In this document: positions 24,595 through 34,228 of the stretch, piece by piece
Layout: every line of letters starts with the position of its first letter
Numbering within the stretch: position 1 is the first letter of the stretch
NCBI GenBank assembly: GCA_016187035.1
Contig: JACPKL010000007.1
Coordinates: 1 to 43,477, forward strand
Direction of reading: 5' to 3'
Source of the DNA: Candidatus Daviesbacteria bacterium
GTDB taxonomy: Bacteria; Patescibacteriota; Microgenomatia; Daviesbacterales; UBA10151
DNA: 43,477 nucleotides
Position numbers and translations under genes: made by a program
Notes under the pieces: model-generated
The model's input: only the letters and a program-made list of their open reading frames with translations
Databases searched by the model: none
Told to the model about the DNA's origin: nothing

Positions 24595-26068
24595 TTAACC
24601 TTTTTTCTGCTTGGTGTAACAACTCATGAACTCCTTGGGTTTCATATTTTTCTAAAATTAATCCATATACCCCTTTTTCTATTAAATATTCCAAAACTTC
24701 AGGATATAGGTTTAAACTTCCTAAAGCTATAAAAGGAATTTTAGATTTGTGAAGTAATTTCAAGCTGTCCTCCAAAAATTTTAATAATCCCTTAACTTCA
24801 TTTTTGTAAGAGGTTAATTCCTGCTGGGTGTTGTCAAACCCATTAAGATAAGATATTAACTCGTCAAGATTTAAAATAATCCCATCTAACCCTGCAGTCA
24901 AATAGTCTTCTAAATTAAGGATATTTTCTGGCAAACTTGCCTCCATCCAAATTTGTAAAGAATTTTTTCTCATTAGCTTCTTAACAGCTAATTCTCTTTT
25001 AATTTTAATAAGCTCAGATACATTTCTGATAAAGGGGATTCCAATATGTACATTCATTAGACCCTTTTTGTGCCTGACAAAATCTAAGGCATCTATTAAA
25101 GGGTTAAGTAAGCTTTTTTGGTGGATCAATCTTAATGCTCCCCTGATTTTACCCATTCCCTCAGATTTATCTGACAGCTTTACTAAAATAGGGGACGGGT
25201 GAAAAGCTAAGGATGCTTCAACTATTCTAAAAATTAAGTGATCAAAAGAATCCCGAGGTTTATCAAGATCAAGAATTTTCCCAGAATCTATGTAAATTCC
25301 ATCTACATCTTTTTCAATCACCATTCCTGAAGACAAATCCAAAAATACTTTGACTGTACTTCTTGGCTTTACTGTCCCTGTTTGTCTACCTGGTACAAAC
25401 CTGGTTTGGGATGAATATGCTGGAGTAACAGGAGTATAGGGTTTCAGGCCAACCAGCTTAATCCCATGATCATAGGTCCACTCATATTCATGAGGGATAA
25501 ATAGTTTTTTGTTAGCAAGCCTGACAATATTATCTAATTTCTTTAAATCATTAGGGTGCAGTTTACCAAACTTAATATTTATCACACTGTCCCATTGTAA
25601 AGGATCAAAAAACACCACTCCTTGGCTTTCTATTTTTTTAATAAAAATCACCACTTGAGAAGATAAGTTTTGGGTAATACCAGGATAAAACCCATCTTGC
25701 CAGATCCTTGTTTTAACTTCCTCAAGCCAAACATTGAGAAGCTTTTGCCAAAGATCTTTGGTTGATTTAAAAACTTCTTTATTTAAGAAAAATTTCTTAT
25801 GATGTCCGGTCTCTTCTTGCAAAATTTCCGGCACAGGTATAGATGCCAACTCTTTTTTGACTAAACTTAAGCTTTGCTCAAAAACTTCTTTTTTATCAAA
25901 GTTAAAGTGTTCTAAGATGGTTTTTAATTTAAATTCCGGAGCACTAACCACAATTCCATTACCAACAGGAAAATCTGCTCTGGCTAATTTTCCCAATGCC
26001 ACAGACAACTGGCCAAAAATCAGGCTGTCTTGATCAGTTAAGGATTTAATAGGCAGAATTTCCATCAT
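24569..26068 (-). CDS. Degenerate PEP-utilising-enzyme-like protein (PPDK/PEP synthase N-terminal remnant plus C-terminal TIM-barrel-like domain)
   Basis: LGKLARADFPVGNGIV N-terminal motif; IRGALRL, IPFIR, WMEASLP and LNLDEL resemble the PEP-utilizer C-terminal domain; no phospho-His domain recognised. Confidence 0.65.
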   Translation of the reverse strand: MMEILPIKSLTDQDSLIFGQLSVALGKLARADFPVGNGIVVSAPEFKLKTILEHFNFDKKEVFEQSLSLVKKELASIPVPEILQEETGHHKKFFLNKEVFKSTKDLWQKLLNVWLEEVKTRIWQDGFYPGITQNLSSQVVIFIKKIESQGVVFFDPLQWDSVINIKFGKLHPNDLKKLDNIVRLANKKLFIPHEYEWTYDHGIKLVGLKPYTPVTPAYSSQTRFVPGRQTGTVKPRSTVKVFLDLSSGMVIEKDVDGIYIDSGKILDLDKPRDSFDHLIFRIVEASLAFHPSPILVKLSDKSEGMGKIRGALRLIHQKSLLNPLIDALDFVRHKKGLMNVHIGIPFIRNVSELIKIKRELAVKKLMRKNSLQIWMEASLPENILNLEDYLTAGLDGIILNLDELISYLNGFDNTQQELTSYKNEVKGLLKFLEDSLKLLHKSKIPFIALGSLNLYPEVLEYLIEKGVYGLILEKYETQGVHELLHQAEKRLILRSNPRG

Positions 26069-26562
26069 AGTGGGGTAAGCTGAATAATATCCCCTATTTT
26101 TATATCTAGTCTTTGAACAGCGCCAGAGTTTAACTCTAAAACTTTATCAACAGCAATATTAGCTGAATAAACTGGTAAAGAAGAGTCAGGGATATCAGCA
26201 GGTTGAGGCTGGATATTGGTTAAAATATCTACTATCCTATTTTCCCTAATCCAGACAAAATCCAGGGGAAAACTTAATCCCTTCATCCAAAAGGGGTGTC
26301 TGTCAGCTTTATCAAAAATAAAAAGCATGCCTTCATTTTCAGGCAAGCTGCTTCTACCGCCTAAACCCTTACTTCTTTTTGAAGGAGTATCAATTAGTTC
26401 AACTTTAACTTGTGTTACTCCAATCTTCAAATTAGCATATTTAGCAGCTTGAGGAAAAAAGGGAATATCTATAGTTTTATTACTGCTTTCTGCTTGATAA
26501 AAGACCAATGCTGCTGCAATGACTAAGAGTAATAGTACTAATTGGATAATAAACTTTTTCAT
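26065..26562 (-). CDS. DUF192 domain protein
   Basis: RSKGLGGR, EGMLFIF, FWMKGLSFPLDFVWI and VLELNSG motifs. Confidence 0.9.
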   Translation of the reverse strand: MKKFIIQLVLLLLVIAAALVFYQAESSNKTIDIPFFPQAAKYANLKIGVTQVKVELIDTPSKRSKGLGGRSSLPENEGMLFIFDKADRHPFWMKGLSFPLDFVWIRENRIVDILTNIQPQPADIPDSSLPVYSANIAVDKVLELNSGAVQRLDIKIGDIIQLTPL

Positions 26563-26583
26563 CTAATTTCAGTTTACCATAAC

Positions 26584-27177
26584 CTAACATCTTCCCCAGA
26601 GTCCCTTTTTAAACTGTCTTGCTTCTTTTTCTGCTTGTAAAAATTGTTCATTATATTTTACATCTGGAGGATATGTATAAACTTTAGCAAAACCTTCCCT
26701 AACTAAATAATCATTAACAAAAAGCAAGCTGCCATCCTCTAAAGAAAGAAAAACTAATCTTAATAATCTGCCATATTTATCAGTCTCTGAAACATCTTTT
26801 TGAAGATAAACCACCTTACCTGTTAACAGGCTTTTAGTCTCATTTGAGGCCTCTTTACCAAAACAGCCAACAGGTCTTCTTGGATCAACAGTTTCAGGAG
26901 TATCTATACCTATCAGCCTGACAGTTTTTTCTCCATTTACTTTAATAGTATCTCCATCAACTACCTGGGTAACCAGGGCTTTCTCCCCTTCTATTCCTAA
27001 AGCAGAAGAAGAGGTGGCCTCAACAGAAGGTCTAGGGGAATTTGAGGCTAAATCCTGAGGTTCAAAGCTATTCAACCCCTGGGGTTGAAAGCTAAGTTGT
27101 GAAAACCAAAGTAGTCCAAAACCTAAAGTTATTATTAAAATACTGGTAAAAGTTAAGAATTTAGTATTAGAAAACAT
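26584..27177 (-). CDS. Membrane-anchored thermonuclease (SNase-like)
   Basis: VVDGDTI, VRLIGIDTPE, DKYGRLL and KGLWG motifs. Confidence 0.93.
   Translation of the reverse strand: MFSNTKFLTFTSILIITLGFGLLWFSQLSFQPQGLNSFEPQDLASNSPRPSVEATSSSALGIEGEKALVTQVVDGDTIKVNGEKTVRLIGIDTPETVDPRRPVGCFGKEASNETKSLLTGKVVYLQKDVSETDKYGRLLRLVFLSLEDGSLLFVNDYLVREGFAKVYTYPPDVKYNEQFLQAEKEARQFKKGLWGRC
27048..27096. repeat. REP-like family A doublet in frame in the nuclease linker
   Basis: CTAAATCCTGAGGTTCAAAGCTATTCAACCCCTGGGGTTGAAAGCTAAG; encodes LSFQPQGLNSFEPQDL. Confidence 0.88.
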
Positions 27178-28133
27178 TAGTTGCTAAAATTTTGGGTAAA
27201 CATCATCCCATATGTTCCCCCATCCATGACACCAATACCAATCCTCCCGTAATCCTGGGATAAAATATTTGCCCTATGGCCTTCTGAATTCATCAAACCT
27301 TTATGTGCTGCCTCCAATGAAGGGGCATAAGCTAAATTCTCACCAATCACTGAAAAATCCACCTCAGCCTCTGCTGCCCTATCAGCTACAGTTTTTCCCT
27401 CAGGTGAATAATGGGAAAAATAACCTCTTTTAAACATATCAGTACTGTGGGACCTTCCAACCCCTCTTAATTTTTCATCAAATGCTAATGCTTTTAAACC
27501 TATTTTAGTTCTTTCCCCATTAACTAGACTAACCATACCTCTCTCTGCTTCCTCATCAACCTTAAACTCTGTGGTTTGAAATCCTAAATTAATCTTTTGG
27601 TCTGTTTTAGGCTTGATAGTTAAAAAAGTCAAGCTGTCATTGCTAATTCCTCCAAAGATATTTTTTACTGGCTGTTCTAAAGCATAAGCATTTTTTAAAA
27701 TCTGGCTGCCTAAATTAGAATTTAAAACTGCTTTTTTAATAACAGGCTGGATAGGAAAAGTTGCTATCATTACTAAAATAAACGCTGTAAAAATTAAACC
27801 CCTAAGTATTGCCGGAATAATTGATAAATAGTCAAGGTGGGTAAATTTAAGTTTTGGAAGCTTAGGTAAAAATATTCTGATTAGCAGGAAAAAGATTATC
27901 TCTGATAAAAACCACACAACCATGAAACCTAACACCAAAGATAAACCATGAGGAATTTTAAATTGGGTTTCAATTAGTTTTGCCTGTAAATTATAGTAGC
28001 TAAAAGACAGGATAAAAGCCAGTAAAAAAGAGGTAAAATCCAAAGTTTCCAAAACTAAAGAGTGAGTTAAAGATTCTAAAGCAAACAGGATTAAAATAAT
28101 GATTATAACTAAATCCACCCAATTAGCTTGCAC
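27177..28133 (-). CDS. CvpA-family membrane domain fused to a CAP (SCP-like) domain
   Basis: N-terminal CvpA-like TM region; HSTDMFKRGYFSH, GENLA and LMNSEGHRANIL CAP motifs; GTG start 6 nt after TATAAT. Confidence 0.88.
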   Translation of the reverse strand: MQANWVDLVIIIILILFALESLTHSLVLETLDFTSFLLAFILSFSYYNLQAKLIETQFKIPHGLSLVLGFMVVWFLSEIIFFLLIRIFLPKLPKLKFTHLDYLSIIPAILRGLIFTAFILVMIATFPIQPVIKKAVLNSNLGSQILKNAYALEQPVKNIFGGISNDSLTFLTIKPKTDQKINLGFQTTEFKVDEEAERGMVSLVNGERTKIGLKALAFDEKLRGVGRSHSTDMFKRGYFSHYSPEGKTVADRAAEAEVDFSVIGENLAYAPSLEAAHKGLMNSEGHRANILSQDYGRIGIGVMDGGTYGMMFTQNFSN

Positions 28134-28147
28134 ATGCTAATTATACC

Positions 28148-29920
28148 CTAAAATAAATCTGATTTACGGATCCTGATGCTTTTGGGGGTTACTTCCACAA
28201 GCTCAGTATCATTGATATATTCTAAAGAGTCCTCCAGATCCATATATTTTGGGGTATCAAAATGTTCAGAAGTTCCTTCCCCTGATGAACGGTGGTTGGT
28301 TTGGGCTTTTTCCTTGCAAACATTAACGCTGATATCATTAGACCTGGCATTTGCCCCAATTACCTGCCCTTTATAAACAGCAACACCTGGTCCTAAAAAT
28401 AAAGTCCCTCTGTCCTGGACTCCTATTAATCCGTATAACTTGGTGGTTCCATTTTCATGGACAACCAAAGAACCGTTCTCTCTGGTAAAAAATGTATCAT
28501 TATCTTTATTAAACTCATAAAAATTAGTATTAATTATTCCCAAACCTTTGGTATCAGTAATAAATTCACCTCTATAACCTAAAAGCTCTTTAGTGGCAAT
28601 AATAAACTCCAAAGATACAATGCCCTCGCTGTTTGACATATCCTGAAATTTTGCATGCCTTAAACCCATTTTCTGCATTACCACTCCCTGGTACTCCTGC
28701 GGGATTTCTATATAAACTTTTTCATAAGGGGTTAAAGTTTTACCATTTTCAATTTTTTCGATAACTTGGGGCCTGGATACCTGGAATTCATAGCCTTCCC
28801 GTCTCATCCTTTCAATTAAAATTGCCAGATGCAGTTCACCCCTGCCTGAAACAGTCCAGCCTCCCGGAGTATTTTCCACTTTTAAAGCCACGTCATCTTC
28901 CATTGCTTTCATTAATCTTTCCTGAATCTGACGGGATGTTTTAAATTTTCCTTCTATTCCTGCAAAAGGAGAAGTATTTACTTCAAAAGTTATCTTAATG
29001 GTAGGCTCCTCAATAGCTAAAAGAGGCAAGGCAGGGGTATCTAGGCAGTCAGTGATTGTTTCCCCGATCGTGATATCCGGTACTCCGGAAATAGCAGCTA
29101 TGTCTCCGCTTAAAACTTCTGAGCGTTCAACTTTTTCCAGACCTTCAAAGGTAATCAGACCGGTTAAACGGAATTTATTTTTTAACCCGTCCCTTTGGAT
29201 ATGAATAATTTCCTCATTTTTATTTATTTTACCGTTAATAATCCTGCCTGTGGCTATCCTGCCTTTGAAATTATCAAAGATAACGGAAGTAATCAGCATC
29301 TGTAAAGGCTTATCAGGATTACCCTGGGGAGGTGGGATGTGTTTTAAAATTGCCTCAAAAATTGGTGTGATATCTTTCATAAGACTTAGGTCAGGGTTTT
29401 CCCCGGCCAGTCCAAGCTTGGCAGAGGAGTAGACAACAGGAAAATAGGCAGCAGATTCATCTGCACCCAAATCCAGGAATAAATCAAAAGTTTTATCTAT
29501 CACATAATTTACCCTGGCATCAGGACAGTCAATTTTATTAATAACAACAATAATTTTAAGGCCCATTTTAAGAGCCTGTTTTAAAACAAACCTGGTTTGA
29601 GGCATCGGCCCTTCTTTAGCATCAACCAGCAGCAAGCAGCCATCTACCAGCTTTAACACTCTTTCCACTTCCCCTCCAAAATCTGCATGGCCAGGGGTAT
29701 CAACAATATTAATTTTGGTATCCTGGTATTTAACTGAGGCATTTTTGGAAAAAATAGTGATTCCCCTTTCTTTCTCAAGTTCATTGCTGTCCATAATTAA
29801 AGAAGAATCAGATAACTGCTTACTTAACTTGGTTTGGGTTTGTCTGAGCAGGGCATCTACTAAAGTAGTTTTGCCGTGGTCAACATGAGCAATAATAGCC
29901 ACATTTCTTAAATTATTCAT
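28148..29920 (-). CDS. typA: Translational GTPase TypA/BipA
   Basis: AHVDHGKTT, ERGITI, DTPGHADFGGEVER and GRGELHLAILIERMRREGYE motifs. Confidence 0.97.
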   Translation of the reverse strand: MNNLRNVAIIAHVDHGKTTLVDALLRQTQTKLSKQLSDSSLIMDSNELEKERGITIFSKNASVKYQDTKINIVDTPGHADFGGEVERVLKLVDGCLLLVDAKEGPMPQTRFVLKQALKMGLKIIVVINKIDCPDARVNYVIDKTFDLFLDLGADESAAYFPVVYSSAKLGLAGENPDLSLMKDITPIFEAILKHIPPPQGNPDKPLQMLITSVIFDNFKGRIATGRIINGKINKNEEIIHIQRDGLKNKFRLTGLITFEGLEKVERSEVLSGDIAAISGVPDITIGETITDCLDTPALPLLAIEEPTIKITFEVNTSPFAGIEGKFKTSRQIQERLMKAMEDDVALKVENTPGGWTVSGRGELHLAILIERMRREGYEFQVSRPQVIEKIENGKTLTPYEKVYIEIPQEYQGVVMQKMGLRHAKFQDMSNSEGIVSLEFIIATKELLGYRGEFITDTKGLGIINTNFYEFNKDNDTFFTRENGSLVVHENGTTKLYGLIGVQDRGTLFLGPGVAVYKGQVIGANARSNDISVNVCKEKAQTNHRSSGEGTSEHFDTPKYMDLEDSLEYINDTELVEVTPKSIRIRKSDLF

Positions 29921-29963
29921 GACAGGATATTATACAGGAAATCTCCCCAAACTGCCAGTATTT

Positions 29964-30012
29964 GGGTGTGAAGCTAATACCTTAACACACCCTTAGGGTG
30001 TGTATCGTATCT
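29964..30012. repeat. REP-like family E elements between typA and pflA
   Basis: GGGTGTGAAGCTAATACCTTA-ACACACCC-TTA-GGGTGTGT-ATCGTATCTA; perfect 8-bp stem at 29985-30003. Confidence 0.85.
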
Positions 30013-30736
30013 ATCTTATATAGACTTCGTTGAAGTATTTTTTGAAGATGTCATAGGCTTGTTGGACTTCTTTTTTTGTTGGGACCTTGGTGTTTTCTAA
30101 GGGATTTTTAATTCCCAGCTCTTTATATTTATAAAACCCATAGGTATGAAAAGGGAGGATTTCCACTCTTTGGATATTGGTATATTTGGTAAAATGCTGT
30201 GCCCATTTATATAAAAACTCTTCCTGGTTAGTGAGATTTGGGACCAGAACATATCTAAGCCACATTGGTTTTTTGATTTTTAAAAGATATTCTGCAAACT
30301 TTAAAACGTTTATATTACCTGCACCGGTTACTTTTTGATGCCAGATAGGATCAATATGCTTGACATCCAAAAGCACCAGGTCAGTAACCTCTAAAAGCAT
30401 TTTTGTATCTTCATCCAAAATAGAACCATTAGTATCCAGGGTAGTATTAAACCCGTTATTTTGTGCTTTGGTAAATAAATCAATTAATTCCTGCCTTTGT
30501 AAAAGAGGCTCCCCTCCTGAAACAGTTAATCCTCCTTTGTTTTTAAAATAAGGCTTTTGTTTGTTTAACAGAAGTAAAATATCTTCAGACTGCATTTGGT
30601 TTCCACCTTTACCGGTTTGGGTATCAGGATTATGGCAATAAAGGCATCTGAAATTACAGCCCTGTAAGAATATCACTAATCTGATTCCTGGCCCTTCATG
30701 AGTGCCCAGAGTTTCTATAGAATGAACCTGCAGCAT
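30011..30736 (-). CDS. pflA: Pyruvate formate-lyase activating enzyme (radical SAM); start probably ATG at 30736
   Basis: HEGPGIRLVIFLQGCNFRCLYCHNPDT (CxxxCxxC) and SGGEPLLQ motifs; adjacent to pflB. Confidence 0.95.
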   Translation of the reverse strand: MLQVHSIETLGTHEGPGIRLVIFLQGCNFRCLYCHNPDTQTGKGGNQMQSEDILLLLNKQKPYFKNKGGLTVSGGEPLLQRQELIDLFTKAQNNGFNTTLDTNGSILDEDTKMLLEVTDLVLLDVKHIDPIWHQKVTGAGNINVLKFAEYLLKIKKPMWLRYVLVPNLTNQEEFLYKWAQHFTKYTNIQRVEILPFHTYGFYKYKELGIKNPLENTKVPTKKEVQQAYDIFKKYFNEVYIR

Positions 30737-30740
30737 GATT

Positions 30741-32996
30741 TTACATTGATTCAAAAAAGGTTCTGGCTAATACTTCCTGCTGGTGTTCCCTGGATAATTT
30801 AACAAAATTAACAGCATAACCTGAAACCCTGATAGTCAGCTGCGGATAGTCTTGAGGATGCTCCATAGCCTTAAGTAAAGTATCTTTATTTAAAACATTT
30901 ACATTTAAATGGTGCCCTTTTTTTTGAAAATAGCCATCCAAAAGTGAAACCAAATTTTCTACCTGCTCTTTAGAAGTTGATCCCAAAGCTCTGGGCACAA
31001 TGGAAAAAGTATTGGAAATACCATCCCTGGCATGTAGATAATTTAGTTTTGCCACAGAATTAAGCGAGGCAATAGCTCCTTTACTGTCCCTGCCATGCAT
31101 CGGGTTTGCTCCCGGTGCAAAAGGCTCTCCTGCTAACCTACCATCAGGAGTGGCTCCTGTTTTTTTGCCATACATCACATTTGAGGTGATGGTTAAAACA
31201 GATAGTGTTGGGCTAGCTTGACGGTAAATATGATGTTTTTTGAGCTCTTTATAAAAAACATCAACCAGCTCTTTAGCTAGCTGGTCTACTTTATCATCAT
31301 CATTGCCGAATTTAGGGAAATCCCCCTCTATTTCAAATCTTTTAGTTATTCCCTCCTTATCTCTTAAGGCTTTTACCTTGGCATATTTGATAGCAGACAA
31401 AGAATCAGCCACCACTGATAAACCTGCCACCCCAAAGGCCATCAATCTATCAAGTTTGGTATCCAAAAGTGCCATTTGGGCACGTTCATAGTAATATTTA
31501 TCATGCATATAATGGATTATATTCACAGTATCTACATAAACCCTAGCAACCTCAGCTAAAGTTTTCCTAAACTCCTCCATCACTTCATCAAAATCTAAAA
31601 TATCTTTTTTTAAAGGCTTTATGCCTTCAACCAAAACAACCCCTGAATTTTCATCCCTGCCTTCATTTAAAGCTAAAAGCAAAGTTTTACCAAGATTACA
31701 CCTTGCTCCAAAAAACTGCATCTGGCTGCCGCTTATATTTTGAGAAACACAGCAGCTAATACCATAATCATCACATACAGCCAAATCCCTCATCAGATCA
31801 TCATTCTCATACTGGATTGAGGAAGTATCTATGGAAACCTTGGCAGCAAATTCCTTAAAATCTTGAGGTAAGCGTTCAGACCAAAGCACTGTTAAATTTG
31901 GTTCAGGGGCAGGGCCTAAATTATAAAGAGACTGCAGAAAACGGTAGGTAGTTCGTGTTACTTTTGTTCTCCCATCTAAAAACATCCCTGCTAGACTTTC
32001 AGTTAACCAGGTTGGGTCACCGGCAAATATTTTGTCATATTCACTCATCCTCAGTTGCCTGACCAGCCTTAATTTGATAATAAACTGGTCTATTAACTCC
32101 TGGGCCTGGCTTTCTGTTAATTTGCCTTCTTTAATGTCTTTTTCAATATATACATCAAAAAACCCACTCACATTCCCCAAGCTCATAGCAGCTCCATCTT
32201 GTTCTTTTAAAGCAGCCAGATAAGCAAAATAAGTCCATTGGATAGCTTCTCTACTATTATTAGCAGGTTTAGAAATATCAAATTTATAAGATAAGGCCAT
32301 TTCCTTAAGCATGTCCAAAGCCTTTATTTGGTCACTGACTTCTTCACGCAGCCTAGTCAACTCATCTGTCATCACACCAGCCAACTTATTTAAATCTTTT
32401 TGTTTTTCTTCTATTAAACGGTCCACTCCATATAAAGCTACCCTTCTGTAGTCCCCAATAATCCTGCCCCTGGCATAATTATCCGGTAAGCCTGTAATTA
32501 CCCCTGAAGTCCTGAATTTTCTCATTTGTTGGGTATAAGCATCAAAAATCCCATCATTATGGCTCTTTCTAAATTTTTCAAAAATTTCTTTAATTTTAGG
32601 AGCTAAAGTTTTTCCATGATCTTCACAAGCCTGCTCTACCACTCTAATTCCCCCAAAAGGTTTCGCAGCTCTTTTTAAAGGCTGGTCTGTTTGTAAACCC
32701 ACTATTAGTTCCAGCTCTTTTTTAATATAACCAGGCTTATGGCTTATAACAGTAGAGATAGTTTCAGTATCAATATCTAAAACACCACCAGCTTGAAATT
32801 CTTTTTCAAGCAAAATTTTACAAAGTCGCCATAACTTTTTAGTTTTTTCAGAAGGGCCTTCCAAAAAGTCAGGTTTATTAGCATAAGGGGTTAAGTTTAA
32901 GTACAAAAAATCCCTAATATCAATACTATCTTCCCATTTACCTTTTTTAAATGGTCTACGTTTTGCGGTAGCAAAAGGCAAGCCCTGTTTATCCAT
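30741..32996 (-). CDS. pflB: Pyruvate formate-lyase (formate C-acetyltransferase)
   Basis: [17 protein letters not shown], active-site ISCCVS and glycyl-radical motif IRVSGYAV. Confidence 0.97.
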   Translation of the reverse strand: MDKQGLPFATAKRRPFKKGKWEDSIDIRDFLYLNLTPYANKPDFLEGPSEKTKKLWRLCKILLEKEFQAGGVLDIDTETISTVISHKPGYIKKELELIVGLQTDQPLKRAAKPFGGIRVVEQACEDHGKTLAPKIKEIFEKFRKSHNDGIFDAYTQQMRKFRTSGVITGLPDNYARGRIIGDYRRVALYGVDRLIEEKQKDLNKLAGVMTDELTRLREEVSDQIKALDMLKEMALSYKFDISKPANNSREAIQWTYFAYLAALKEQDGAAMSLGNVSGFFDVYIEKDIKEGKLTESQAQELIDQFIIKLRLVRQLRMSEYDKIFAGDPTWLTESLAGMFLDGRTKVTRTTYRFLQSLYNLGPAPEPNLTVLWSERLPQDFKEFAAKVSIDTSSIQYENDDLMRDLAVCDDYGISCCVSQNISGSQMQFFGARCNLGKTLLLALNEGRDENSGVVLVEGIKPLKKDILDFDEVMEEFRKTLAEVARVYVDTVNIIHYMHDKYYYERAQMALLDTKLDRLMAFGVAGLSVVADSLSAIKYAKVKALRDKEGITKRFEIEGDFPKFGNDDDKVDQLAKELVDVFYKELKKHHIYRQASPTLSVLTITSNVMYGKKTGATPDGRLAGEPFAPGANPMHGRDSKGAIASLNSVAKLNYLHARDGISNTFSIVPRALGSTSKEQVENLVSLLDGYFQKKGHHLNVNVLNKDTLLKAMEHPQDYPQLTIRVSGYAVNFVKLSREHQQEVLARTFFESM

Positions 32997-33049
32997 AAAA
33001 GCGTTACAATGATATCACTAACTCTTCTTTAGTCGCAACTACTCTACTA

Positions 33050-34228
33050 CTAAAGGGCTTTAATGGTTAATACGGTCGGGGATCTAAGTATGGAATGGTT
33101 AGAAAGAACAATCTTTCTATATACATTCATATACTCTTTAGCCATCTTATCTGCTGAAAATGATTTTTCTACAAGACTACGGCAATTTTGGCGCATTTTT
33201 TGATATTCTTTCTCTGGCATTGAATAAATTTTCTCTATTGCCTCACACAATCCATCAATACCGGTTTTTTTAATTACCCAATCCCCACGGATGTCCGTTT
33301 CTGCCGGGTTGACAATAAATCCTGTTTTTCCGTCTTTAACAATTTCAGGTACAGAACCTCTTGCAAAAGCTACTACTGGTGTGCCACAAGCCATAGATTC
33401 AATTAACACCAATCCAAACGGCTCTTCCCATTGTATTGGGAAAAGGAAGAGTCTGCCCAATTGATAGTGGTTAACCAGCTCGAATCTATCTTTATCAAAT
33501 TCAATAAAAACATCCTGTGAAGGCATTAAATCTTTTAAATCCGCGACCTGTTTATTAAGCCATGCAATATGTTCCTGCTTTTTGAGGGGAAAAATCCTGG
33601 CTTTTCTTTGTATTTTTTTTAATATCTGGAATACGATATTTAACCCTTTATCGGGAACTCCTCTGCCCGCCCAAATTATACTTTCCCCGCCTTTTGAATC
33701 AAATTTAAAAGTTTCTGTCTCTATGCCATGATAGATTGTTCCTGCATAGTTTAGGTCGGGGAAAAAATTTCTTTGGGCATTACTGATAGAAACAAAAGAT
33801 ACATTTTTATAACTGCTGAAAAGAGAAAAATATTTATCAATATATTCGGCTTCCTGTGTATAGTGAAGCGTAATTAATAACGGTTTTTTTACAAAAGGAG
33901 CAAACGGGAGAGCAATATCCCCGTCTCCAATATTGATATGATACAAATCAAAATTGTCCTGCTTTGAAAAAGCCCTGGAAATTAGCGCCAGCTCAAAAAT
34001 AACATGCTTGTCCTTTTGAATAATACTTTTATCCAAAATAGCAGGATGATAATCTATGCTTTCAATTTTAACCGGTAAATTGGAATCTCCTGAGGCGAAT
34101 GCGGTTATATCCAAATTTTTATCAGCTTTAGCCAAATTATTAATCAAGATATGGTCAAAGATTTCCGTTCCTTTCTTAACATCCTTGGTAATACTGACAA
34201 AATTAGAGCAGATGATGGCAATTTTCAT
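33050..34228 (-). CDS. Glycosyltransferase family 4 (GT-B)
   Basis: EEPFGLVLIESMACGTPVVA signature; ATGA coupling with the upstream gene. Confidence 0.92.
   Translation of the reverse strand: MKIAIICSNFVSITKDVKKGTEIFDHILINNLAKADKNLDITAFASGDSNLPVKIESIDYHPAILDKSIIQKDKHVIFELALISRAFSKQDNFDLYHINIGDGDIALPFAPFVKKPLLITLHYTQEAEYIDKYFSLFSSYKNVSFVSISNAQRNFFPDLNYAGTIYHGIETETFKFDSKGGESIIWAGRGVPDKGLNIVFQILKKIQRKARIFPLKKQEHIAWLNKQVADLKDLMPSQDVFIEFDKDRFELVNHYQLGRLFLFPIQWEEPFGLVLIESMACGTPVVAFARGSVPEIVKDGKTGFIVNPAETDIRGDWVIKKTGIDGLCEAIEKIYSMPEKEYQKMRQNCRSLVEKSFSADKMAKEYMNVYRKIVLSNHSILRSPTVLTIKAL

Noticed and set aside
3121-30012. Recurrent palindromic repeats as a CRISPR array
   Set aside because: Copies are dispersed, not regularly spaced with unique spacers, and no cas genes are present
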